Assembly (NCBI GenBank): GCA_001687465.1
Contig: LVLI01000350.1
Coordinates: 62,001 to 99,655, forward strand
Length of the DNA stretch: 37,655 bases
Direction: 5' to 3'
Source: Halocafeteria seosinensis
Taxonomy: Eukaryota
The notes beneath the pieces are model-generated. The model worked only from the letters and a program-made list of their open reading frames with translations, had not been told where the DNA came from and did not search any database. Below are positions 23,084 through 33,567 of this stretch, piece after piece. Numbering within the stretch: position 1 is the stretch's first letter; the number at the start of each line of letters is the position of its first letter. The translations under genes and the position numbers were made by a program.

Positions 23084-23284
23084 GTTGTAAAGTCTAAACT
23101 CCCTTTCTGGTGTTGGTTTGAGGTTTTCATTTCCCATATACTTTTGTGAAAAGACGCAGAGAGTACTGGCGTATGGCCCACGGCAAGAACGACGACCCGT
23201 ACGAACAAACGGAAGCTAGCTCAACGGTTCTTGGGCCAGACAAAACCAGCCAACACAGTAACGATTACCATAAATCACATAAGC

Positions 23285-24243
23285 ATGCCTACCAGTGAAC
23301 AATTGAACCAATACTATAGTACACACTTCTGCCAGACTTTGTACTGCAGTAACGATTGCTGTGCAGGGGTAAGTCGTATAATCGCTTGTTTATCACGCAA
23401 CCCATTCCACGTGTGATTTGCAGCATGTACTCCCACCAGAACAGGACCTGGAAAATGGGAACGAGCTTGTCTTTGTCATCAAGCCTCCATATTGGCACAA
23501 CTGTATGACTACGCCATGCGGCCTTTGCCTGTGTCGGACTATAGATGTAAGAAGGCAGATTACCGACACTTTGTATTGTTCTTACTGTTCTTACACGCAA
23601 TGTATGTATCCACTGCTAAGGGATTGTTTCTTCGACCGTGTTTTGCGACATTCAGGTGCATTGTAAGCTACAACTTAAATGCTACAGTAGTGGTATTGGT
23701 AAACCGTGTTTGATTTCAATTTAAGGCTTCTCGCTGATCGGATTCGTGCAGCTGTGACAAAAGACGGAAGAGTAACGGTCACTTCGCATGGGATATGTAC
23801 AGACAGCGACTCCGAAATCTACACCGATATAGCTGGAGCTTCTTTTAGAGGTGTGCAATGGAATACCAAGGAGCAAGCCGCGGTAAGTCCTGTGATGTTT
23901 CCTCTCTGGAAGCAATCTCTTACTACCATCTTCGCCATTCCAGGTTAGTATGTACTTCATCGATTCGGCTAACCGATCACATCACAGTCTTCACTTATTC
24001 CCTTACGCTTACGAAAAGGATAAACAGGCGGATATAAAGGAGGCGATCAACATTTTCCTCCGCCATAAACGGCAACGTGAGTTAACCCTGAAACTGGAGT
24101 CACCGTTTGGATTCCTCAGTGTCTTCTTTCTCTTCTTGTTCTTTCCTTTGGTTACTCAGAGTACGGTATTTCCTGGTCTGGTCTTGTTTGGCCAGTGTTT
24201 GACTATGAAGTGGGAACCGTTGTGTACGAAACCTAGTGGGTGA
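23285..24243 (+). pseudogene. Uncharacterised Cys-rich protein, paralogue Y (apparent frameshift in exon 3)
   Basis: MPTSEQLNQYY...LYCSNDCCAG/HVLPPEQDLENGNELVFVIKPP...CGLCLCRTIDV.../CIVSY...AVTKDGRVTVTSHGIC...IYTDIAG/...IKEAINIFLRHKR. There are 79 nt between IVSY and AVTKDG versus 81 nt in paralogue X, which breaks the frame. The 3' end is uncertain. Confidence 0.6.
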
Positions 24244-24366
24244 TGCACCGCACAGATATAGAATTTGTGAATAATATTTAATTTTATCAGTGACGCAACA
24301 GCTCCTGAGGCGAAACTCTACCTTAGCGCCAGTGGTGAGCATCCTGCAAAGCTGCATCGTTAACAT

Positions 24367-27064
24367 TCACGGGTTCAACGACTTGGCAGCTTCTTCCGCT
24401 TCTGTTTCTTTGAGCTTGAGCGGTTCGTCATAGTCCCCCATTAGACGATACCAATCCGTTGTTAGTTTACTCAACCAGTCGCTTTCCCGAACACTCCCAT
24501 CTTGGTGTACCTGCATTCATTTAGCTAAAATCACTCCTTCCGTGCACTCGATGACTAAACCGGACTCGACAAACCGAAACTCGTTGGCTACAGGTTGGTC
24601 GCCGGGACGGAGTTTGGGATTCATTTCGTTGAATGTAGTACCAAGAAATATGGGGCCAAGATAGGCATTCTGCTGGCGATGCAGGTCAAACAAATGCAAC
24701 TGATTCTGCTGATCAAGTGCTATAAAAACACTACGCCTTCCGGGGGTCCACTTCAAAGCAGTAATAGGCACTGTTGTGACGTGCCAGCTTGTAAGAGAGG
24801 AAGCCGACCTCGCACTAAACAAGGCAACTTTTCCGGAGCGATATCCAACCGAGAAAAGGCCACTCTTCCTTGGACAGTAGTCAATACACAAGGCAGGATC
24901 GTGAGTATCAGAATCGGTCAAATTAACATAGTCCAATCCATAGTTAAGGGGATACTGATAAACTCGTGGCTCGACCTCATTCCCGAAACGATTGACCTGG
25001 ATCAGTTTCCCAGAGAAGCAGGCCACTATCAAGCGGCTCGGATCTTCTTTACACACCGTTACATCTGATACGCTGGCATGATCTGCTTTACACACCGTTA
25101 CATCTGATACGCTGGCATGATCAAAAGCGTTTTTTCCATGGAGACCTACTGTGATGCTCGCAGAGTGAACAAGTCGAAGTCTGCCACCGGGTCTCAAACC
25201 TAGCTCGGATTCATTAATTGCATCTTCATGTAAAGCTGTGCTCGTATTAGCGTCTTGAGGAATAGGAACATCTACACTGGTCCATACATTCAGTAGTCCA
25301 AATTCGTCAATTGAGGCGAACTGGAAAGTAGAGCTGCCTACTTCTGTTCCGACCGAGCTTGCTATGGAACTGGTCTGGTCGTCATTACCAAGGTACAATG
25401 CCGCGATTCCATCTTTTTCATCGTAACGAGTAGCGTCATGATGAGATGGCGTTGTGAGATGGCCTGGACGATGGTTTTGATTTAAGTCTATCAGCTTAAT
25501 CACTGGTCCTAAATGTGTCTTGTCGCTTTCCCCTACAATGGATGAACTGTATCCATCAGTGCTATATGTCGGGAAACGGAGACCGGAAGGCACTCCGAAA
25601 GGAGGACAAATTGCGGAACCGCGTGATCTGCCCGTAGTAGCGGCGTCATTGATGCCTGGGATAATGACATTGTGAAGTGAGGCACTTTCAGCCAGGTCCC
25701 ACAAGCATATTGTCCCTGCGCGTGTACCGGCCGCAAGTACATCTCCCGTGCTGGGTCCGAACGTTAATGCCGTCGGGACTTCGGGCAATATCAGGGCACG
25801 CAATGGGCCAACATTTTCCTCACCTGTAAATTCCTTGATTATGCTCCTGAAATGATATACGAGGATAATGCCGTAACGAGACAATGTCTGCCTCGATAAA
25901 ATTTGGGCAGAGCCGGCAAAGACAGCCTCCGATATTGCCCCGGAGGCACCAATAGTACGATTTGAAGGAGACACTGACCCATGCCTATCTTTAGATTCAT
26001 CGCTGGGAAGGGGGCCATAAGCCACGGCGACATAGCCAAATTGTGAACTGGATGCTGTGGCCGTGATTTCCCTATCGCGAACAAGATCGTTGATTCCTTC
26101 TGTGGATGATTTATTGCCAGACACTACTAAACTTGCATTAGCGACAACCCTGAAATCTCCGGTAGATTCGTGTTCGTATAATTCAGGGGATACAACATTT
26201 TGCCCTTTATTCATATCCACTTCGGAAGCATTTTCTTCGCAGACTTGCTCCACCACGGGTGAAACTTTCCGTAAAAATGGTACTAAATTCTTCAAAGCCT
26301 TCCAACCGGTACTGTCGCGGCTACGGTCCGAATCTTGCATAATCAGGCCTATATCATCTGGGACTTGGCATTGCCTGCACGTTCGTGTTCGTGTATGCTT
26401 CGCAACATCCATTTGTAGACGTGAAAATATGAGAACGCACTCACCTGTTGCAGTATCCTATCTCTTCAGTCTCTACGAAGGCATTAGTTCGACCGTCTGA
26501 TGTATCTTGCGCAGCTTCCCGAAATCCTCCTGCTCGCAACTGCTGCATATATAATTCCAAGTCTTGCAGCGGTTGCTGAATGAAGGTTTCGCTCCCCTCT
26601 TCGACGAGCTTGATCGACTGTTTGATGTGTTTTAAAAATTGTGCTTTCTTGGAGGAAGCTTGTACGAGCTGTTTGACGTGCCATGCACTCGTTGATTCTC
26701 GTGGAGACGAAGACTTGCGCCGATTTCGTCGACTACTCGTAGATGATTCCTGCTCCAACTGCTGCCGAAATTGCTCCTCCGCCTCTTCATCATCTTCTTC
26801 CTCCTCTTTCTTTCCTGAATCGTCAATATCGTGGGAGCGATACAATAATGACTTGGGGTCCTCTTCTTGCCGTCTCGGTTTAGATCGACTGCCCTGTTTA
26901 ATATCCTCTCTTCTGTTCTCTTGGGCCTGAGACTCCTCAAATTTCGACGATATCTTTTCGTCGGCATGAGCGTGGCCTTCTAATTCCTCATCCAAGTCTT
27001 CAAAATCCTCATCATAGTCATCAAAGTCCTCGCTGTAGGCATCGTCGTCCTCTTCGGCTGACAT
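24367..27064 (-). CDS. DYNC2I1: Cytoplasmic dynein-2 intermediate chain 1 (WDR60/FAP163)
   Basis: N-terminal YSEDFDDYDEDFE, A.Q.T..D....VETEEI light-chain-binding-type segment, FPTYSTDG, LGLRPGGRLRLV and WD40 repeats (GTICLWDL, LHLFDL). The last exon (to about 24367) is inferred and its splice phase is not resolved. Confidence 0.85.
25047..25122. repeat. Exact in-frame tandem duplication, period 39 nt, inside WDR60
   Basis: 37 identical nt at 25047-25083 and 25086-25122; protein reads DHASVSDVTVCK-A-DHASVSDVTVCK. Confidence 0.95.
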
Positions 27065-27737
27065 TTTATCCCCCCTCCAGAATCAACTCCCGCTTGACAC
27101 ACGGAAAAGGAGCAGACGATACTATTCAAACACTGTATCAATTTACATCGCTCCACCATGTCTATACCGGTATTGGGCTCGTTAAGCAGCGTTAGTAAGT
27201 GAGCTTCACAACAACCCAAGTTCAAACACAGTTCAGCGTTACGAATGACGGCTTACCTTGAGGTTGCTTCACGAAAGTGATGAGACAAGCTAACAAAGCT
27301 CGTCAGGACGAGCCAATGAAGTTTCAACCTCGGTATAAGACTTCAATATTCAGTATGCGTTTTGGCATTGTAATGGTGTCTTCGGAATTGTCGAGTTCAA
27401 CAAAATTACTGTACAACGTCAAGTACGTGAGGAATTCCTGGATTCATAACATGTTATTACGATGATTTCTACTGTATGGTTATCCGCTAACCGGATAAAA
27501 CTTTAGATGACGAACAACGACGACGCAGTGCCTATACTTTATTGGCTGAATAATACTCTTTTCCGATTGGTCGGCGAACTCGTGTCCTCTCAATCTTGAA
27601 GAGTTACCCCGACGCAGCATTGTTTATCAAAGTACCCGACGCGCTATTGCGTTTTCCAATATTCCTTAGGAGCTGCAGAAGCAGCAAAAGCACTATGTCG
27701 TGATGCATGATTGAGTAAGGATGGCTTGGAATGCTTA

Positions 27738-28574
27738 CCTCAAAGTCGTCGTCGGTAGAGCCAAACTTTATGAATAGGTCACAACATCTGCAAGGTGGAA
27801 AAGTTGAATTGTGCTGTATTCACGAGGACCCCAATGGAAGTTTCAAACTACACACGTTTGAAGGGCACTCCAGGTTGCCTCCTTGTCGGAATCCTCTTTC
27901 GCAAATTCTGCTTCCAGAAGCTTGCCTACCCTTCCCTTAAGTGGCCGGAACACGTTTTCAGCGAATTTTTTGTCAGCAACCTGAGCTGGAAGCTCCAAGC
28001 CTCTTATCCGGCAGTACTCTGTTTCAATCCCTAAGAGCAACGAAGAGAGCCAGGTTCGCATAGTAGCATGGTTCCCCCATTCTTGCGTCAAAAGCGTCAA
28101 AAGCTCAGATCCTGTCTTTGAGGCAATTTTAGGGTAAGCAACATTGGCAGATCTGTTCTCGAATATCTGGATCAGGGAGTCCTTTCGTGTCCGCATGCAT
28201 GTTTCAGCTGTGCAATCCTCTCTCCTGCACTTACTTCTACGATTTTGTTGTACAGCCACTTCGCAGAAGTTTTATGGTTCTCTTGATCGCAAAGCTCGAA
28301 AGATGCCCTGCGAAGCATTGCGATTGTTGGTACGCCATTTCACCGAGAAAAGTCTCCGTAGAGAAACTTACCCCGTTAAACAGCTTCTATGGTTTGCGTT
28401 GACTGGTTGCTTGGGAGGATGCGGTGCGCTAACTAACAACTGTTCCATTTTCTCCACCTGTTCATCTAGGTATTCAGCGAATTTTGTGAAATCTATGGCG
28501 CCGTTAGGCTTTCTAAAGTCCTCCATTGCTTGATACCACCCTATGGTTTCACTTGCTTTTCGCCAGAAGAACAC
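27738..28574 (-). CDS. Unrecognised multi-exon gene or pseudogene fragment
   Basis: Protein-like helical ORFs 28368-28574 and 27843-28259 plus an AG/GT-bounded exon CCDLFIKFGSTDDDFE near 27738-27788. No recognisable domain; ends undefined. Confidence 0.35.
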
Positions 28575-29227
28575 TGTGGTACAGCACCCTCTACCAGATG
28601 AAGACGCGTATATGACAATTTAAATCAGGGACCAGCTTAAAAGTGCAACAATCCATATACTTTCAACACCTGTCCCTTCATCCAAACTTGGAAGTTCGAC
28701 GCCGCTTTACACCTCCACTCCACACAGATTGAGCCTCAGGCGCTCACTTTTTCCAGCACTTGCTCGGTGTGTTCGACGGGTGTTCTGCATGTATATTATG
28801 CTGTAGTGGTTGCTCCCTAGCATCTGTAGAGTGCATACGGCTCTTCATGTTGGTTTCTAAGGTTTCTGCGGTGGTCGCAACCTCGCGAACTGGTTGAGTC
28901 ACGACCGGTGACTCAATAGTCGAAGAAGAGCTACGAATTCAGCAAGGGTGTTAGCGTTAAAGGTGCAGGGAGTAAGGTACCAGGTGGTAAGAGATATTCG
29001 AGAGACCTTTCCCTGTCATGGTCTCCTTCACAAGCTGTTCAACACTGCTAATGTGTTTGTTCGGGATAGGCCGCGGCCCGCATGACAATTTGTCCCTTCC
29101 CCGGTGGGTACTTGTGAAGCGGCTACATAGAGGATACCCGGTACACATGAAGTGAATATGTAGGACAAACGTCATGTAACCGTCTTTGATGGTCTTTCCA
29201 GTCTTTCCTACTCCCAGTCCTACAGCC

Positions 29228-30845
29228 GGTCGGCGGGCTATCTGTCGCATATGTGTGTGTGCCTACAGACTGCTACAACAGTGTGGTTACCCGGCAGCAT
29301 GCTAGACAAAACGCATCGATACATCCATGCACCATGATGTCCTTCGATGTCCATTCAGATACAGAAAGGTTAACCCTTCACCTCATCATCCTTTGGTGTT
29401 GAATTGTAATGTAATTGGAACAATCTGGGGTATTCGCTGTTCCCAGCGGAACTGTAGTTCGTCAAGAAGCCAAGATTTGAGACACGTACAGTTATTCACC
29501 TAAGCACCCCTGAGTGACCTACTGTAGCACGCACTCATAAACTCGAATATCTCTGTTACGTCTCCATACTTTTGAATGTTCTCTTGTTCCATCCGTTGAG
29601 CGGGAAATGACCTTCTAAAATGCAGCTTTTCGAACGTTGAAGCTCTTCAGGGACAAAATGCCACCATCAGAGCAGTATAGTATTTGGTAGGTATTGTTGA
29701 TTCGAGATTTCTGAACGCTCACAGTAACATTTTCATTTTCTAAGCTCACTTAGTGATACACAGTAATTTACACAGGCTACAGCTTCTACAGTAGCTCACT
29801 TAGCTTTAGCTTTAAGAAACACTTACTACAGCAAACATGTCAGGAAAAGGAAAAAAAGCCGTCCCAGAAAAGAAAAATCCAAAGGTTGGTGCTATGTATT
29901 AGATTCATATGTCGTGTACCAAGAGGTCATGGTATTGATATGGTTTGAGTTGCAGGCTCCTAAAACCAAAGAGGAACTGAAGGCCAAGAAAGCCGACAAG
30001 AAGGCTGCCAAGGAAGCCAAGAATGCATCCCCATACTGATATAATAAGGATAAATATGATTTCTATTGTCTCTAGTAAGATATCATGGACAACGAAAGGG
30101 CACAGACTCTCGCACAGTCCGATGAAAGTCCACACACCGAGCGGGATATTACCAGTGGGCTCCCGGTTAGATGTTAGTTAATGTACATCCACCTGCATGC
30201 TTCGTACCGCACGATAGAGGTATTTTCCTTTTTCCTACATGGCATTGATAGGAACTCTCAACTATAGCGATCTGCTTTCTTCAAAGTTTACCGATACCTA
30301 TGGTACGTGTGAGCGTGGTACAGGTGCCTACCGTACAGTAGTTGACCGCGACGACGACTTGTGTTATACACATTTTCCCTTCGATTTAGATAGCATTGAG
30401 TTGACTTGCTAAACTGCTCTTACAAGTGTGTGGTAGCTGTGCTGTCGGTGGCAAAATGTGCGTCCAGAAGTTCCAGTTCAGTTCAGTTTACAGAGATTGA
30501 TCTGGTGAGTGATCATTACTTGTTAGGGACATAAACATTGTTTGCTCATGAGCGTACTTTGTGTAGAAATACAGTTCTTTTCTTTTTTCCGATTAGTTGC
30601 TTAAGCTTTGCACAAGTTTTTTTCTGAGAAATTTCTCCTTTTTCAGGTGTTTGGCCTGTGACCACCGGTACTACAGAGGTAAGACTGACCGGAGCAGCCT
30701 CCACTTCTTGCTAAGATTCCGTAAAGGAATCCAGCCACACCTCAGAATACACCGGTAATTGCGATTGTTGCCGCTTTGTTCGCCGACGTCCAGCTAAATG
30801 CTCACAACGGACTGCTGCAGACATGTGACAGATAGCCCACCAGCC
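29228..30845. mobile_element. Putative non-autonomous element bounded by imperfect inverted repeats GGYYGGYGGGCTATCTGTCRCAT
   Basis: Left GGTCGGCGGGCTATCTGTCGCAT (from 29228). Right end reverse-complemented reads GGCTGGTGGGCTATCTGTCACAT (to 30845). No target-site duplication or transposase seen. Confidence 0.5.
29837..30039 (+). CDS. 43-aa Lys/Ala-rich microprotein (2 exons)
   Basis: CAAAC-ATG at 29837, exon 29837-29884, phase-0 GT...TTGCAG intron 29885-29955, exon 29956-30039: MSGKGKKAVPEKKNPKAPKTKEELKAKKADKKAAKEAKNASPY*. Confidence 0.65.
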
Positions 30846-30898
30846 AGGAAATCTTGGATTTTCAGGCATATCCTGATCAGGTGAGGCTAGTCGGGGTA

Positions 30899-33287
30899 GA
30901 GTAGACCGTAAAATTAATAAGTGTCCCGGGGAGTGAGGGACCGGACACGCCTTTGCAGGCTGGCTGAAGGAATTAAACTGAGTTTACTAGTGTATTGATA
31001 CGACAAATTCGAGTGAGATGGTATCCATGCGCTCTCTTTTGATGAGTAGAGCCCTTCTAAGCACAGCGGCTATGTTAGTTGCGGTGCGAAAGGAACGATG
31101 GAGGCAAGAATGGGGCCGATACGTGTAACAGAGAACGGATAGCTTATCGTTCGTCAGTGAAATAGACGTATGGCGATTGAGTTTGGTTAACGTTACTTGC
31201 TTGCTGAATAGGTGCGATCGTCTGCGGTTAGGTGGTATCAACGAGATCGTCCACTGACAGGATACGCCTTCGTTGAGCCGCCACAAGCGTGACTGCTGCT
31301 GTTTCTAGGACTGCACATACAGTGCTTCGCTGGACGTAATGGTACAGGGTATGTGTTTCGGCGCAATTCCTCCGCATCGTTCTGTCGCCTCTCCCACGCT
31401 ACATTTTCCGGAAAGAAGAGAGCTTGTCAACACAGTTCTTCTCGGAACCCAATCTCATCGACTCGACCACCGACTGCTGAGGGTGTCCAAGTTCCCACAT
31501 CTGTGCAGAAGTCCACAATCTAGGGAGCTTATGTACTACAGCTGAGATGAAGCCGGTTGCCTTGCTTGGAAACCAAGGTGGTATACATGTGATGGTACCC
31601 GATCGCGGCTACGGAGAATATCTAATGCTATTTTTCTCCTCTGATACGGCATGTCGTCCTCCCGAAGGTTGCCCATTGGTTGTATGTCGATGTCGTCTCT
31701 GAGGTACACGTCGCGGTCCTCTCCCAGAGTAGCAGCCGCCCGGATGAGATCATAATGCCACTGTCGCGTGGGTTTGTTACCGTTCGGAGAGTTGAGTCTG
31801 TTCTTGTTGTCCACGCTGGCAAAGAAGAGCTACTATCTCGTTCGTCGTAGCCACCACTACAATAGCTTGTAGTGAACATTAATCTCAGCATGAGGGAAAG
31901 AACCCTCGTTAGGGTTAAATAGCACCAGTGTTGACGCCTCTAGGAAGATGGAAAACATGAACCAATGGCCCGTGCTTAGCTGGACCGGTACTATTATAGT
32001 CTGCAAACGTTCATCTTCCAAATCAGCTTGGACAGCTCTGCAAAGCCCTTCGGCTTTTGAGTAGGCGGACATGTTATCGTCCATCAGACTGGCAATAAAT
32101 GCGGGTGTCCTGTAGCACACCGCGTTGGCCTCCCTGTTTAGGAGACTGACTGCTACCCCAACTACTTGTTCATGAACAGGAAACTCATCTCGTAAAGTAC
32201 ATATTTGATGACGAGTGACGATTCCTAGAATCTCAGGGCAGTTGATGTATGCGACCCAATCTCGTCTGTTCCAACCAGGTGGTCCGTTCAGTGGATCTGG
32301 CACACGGAGCAGACGAACGTATTCTTCGTTGCTGAGTCTATCATCTAACGCGAGAATAACCCGTTCAGGGTCGCGGAGGTTTAGGGATTTTCGTTTATCC
32401 TCGTAAGATTCTGACATTTGCATATCTGAATACTTCAGCAGCTGTACTGCCAACTGTTGGCGCTCCCAAGGCATTCTCCTCTGGCAAAATGGGCGCGTAC
32501 AACCTGTAGCGAAGTTTCTTATCAAACATGCGGTGAAAATTCCACAGTCGTTTCCATTGAACTGTCGAGGCATCTCTTCCGCAGTTGGTGAACGAAGCTC
32601 CCAACGTGACGAAGATGCTTTGGTCAGTTGGCAGACCCATTTCTTTGCCCGTCTCAGTATGCCTTCGTACTGACTTCCTAATGAATCGTAGGTAATGATT
32701 TTTCGGCTCCCAACAAAGATACCTACAGCAGTCCAATGGGCGTTGCCAATGTTGACAATGGCAATGATCGTTTCCGGATTAGATGATCGGGGCTCGCGAC
32801 TGCAACTGGGGATATTCCTACTGGCGTCTGTTAGAAAGCTGGAACAAAAAGAGTCTACTATCCACACTCTTCTTCCTCTAGCGTCAGCCCAGCGCTGAAA
32901 CAGGGCTCCAGCTGCGTTGAGCACGTTGCTATGCAGCCACCCTGTCCGACTCACAAGACGATCAAGCTCCTTAGCACTGTGTGTCTACAAGTGTACATCT
33001 TCATGAATGACGAACAAGAACTTTCAAAACCTTGTACTGGTACAACAACTGTACAATACGACACTGTAAGTGTATGTCCACGGCTTCTTAGGTTGTATAT
33101 TTTCTCACTGAATGTACAGTATGTGTTTCTCTATGATCGCCATACAAGTGCAATACAATCCATATACAACCGGCAGAATCTGGCACAGTCGACCGACTGG
33201 CATTCACTCCGGTCCCTCGGCCCGGCTCACTCCCCCGGGCGACCAGCCCGGTTTGCCTAGGACACTTATGAATTTTACGGTCTACTC
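30899..33287. mobile_element. TIR-bounded non-autonomous DNA transposon carrying a Ulp1/C48 protease gene
   Basis: Left GAGTAGACCGTAAAATTAATAAGTGTCC (30899-30926) versus reverse complement of 33260-33287 GAGTAGACCGTAAAATTCATAAGTGTCC: 27/28 identical. Subterminal blocks GGGGAGTGAG and GAGGGACCGGA are also shared. No TSD or transposase seen. Confidence 0.78.
31536..32975 (-). CDS. Tandem Ulp1/SENP-like C48 peptidase: first domain intact, second degenerate
   Basis: Domain 1: WLHSNVLN, VNIGNAHW, TYDSL, PRQFNGNDCG, F.QRRMPWERQQLA (His/Asp/Gln/Cys present). Domain 2: IIVPVQLSTGHWF, LFNP, DMPYQRRKIALDIL, with no catalytic Cys and in-frame stops at 31830-31859. The 5' end is not resolved. Confidence 0.8.
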
Positions 33288-33480
33288 CTTGTCTCCCCCG
33301 TAAATACCGTAAAAAAATACGCCCGGCCGTGCGTAAGCACGTATTTACGTGCTTCAACCGAAGCTCAACCCTCATCAGGCCTGCAAGCTGTGATTGCAGC
33401 AATTTCAAAAGGCTTGTTCGGTCACTCAGTGTACGCCCCCCCGGTAGTACCAGGCTCGTGAAGGACTGTGCACGAAAGAA

Positions 33481-33501
33481 GTGTGTGTGTGTGTGTGTGT
33501 G
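33481..33501. repeat. (GT)10 microsatellite
   Basis: Perfect GT run about 67 nt upstream of the ATG at 33568. Confidence 0.9.
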
Positions 33502-33567
33502 CGAAAGAAAAAGGGTCGTGCTTACTAAGCTAGCATCCACACTAGCACAATTGACATTCCCAAAACA

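Noticed and set aside
25047..25122. 37-nt direct repeat considered as a CRISPR-like unit
   Set aside because: Only two copies, a 2-nt gap, located inside a eukaryotic CDS, and no cas genes.
29380..29600. Minus-strand WLLDELQFRWEQR, reminiscent of the ISXO2/Merlin transposase YLDEF..R motif
   Set aside because: A single short motif with no DDE core nearby; could be chance.
30890..33296. Target-site duplication for the Ulp1 element
   Set aside because: The flanks GTCGGGGTA and CTTGTCTCC share no 2-10-nt direct repeat, so no superfamily was assigned.
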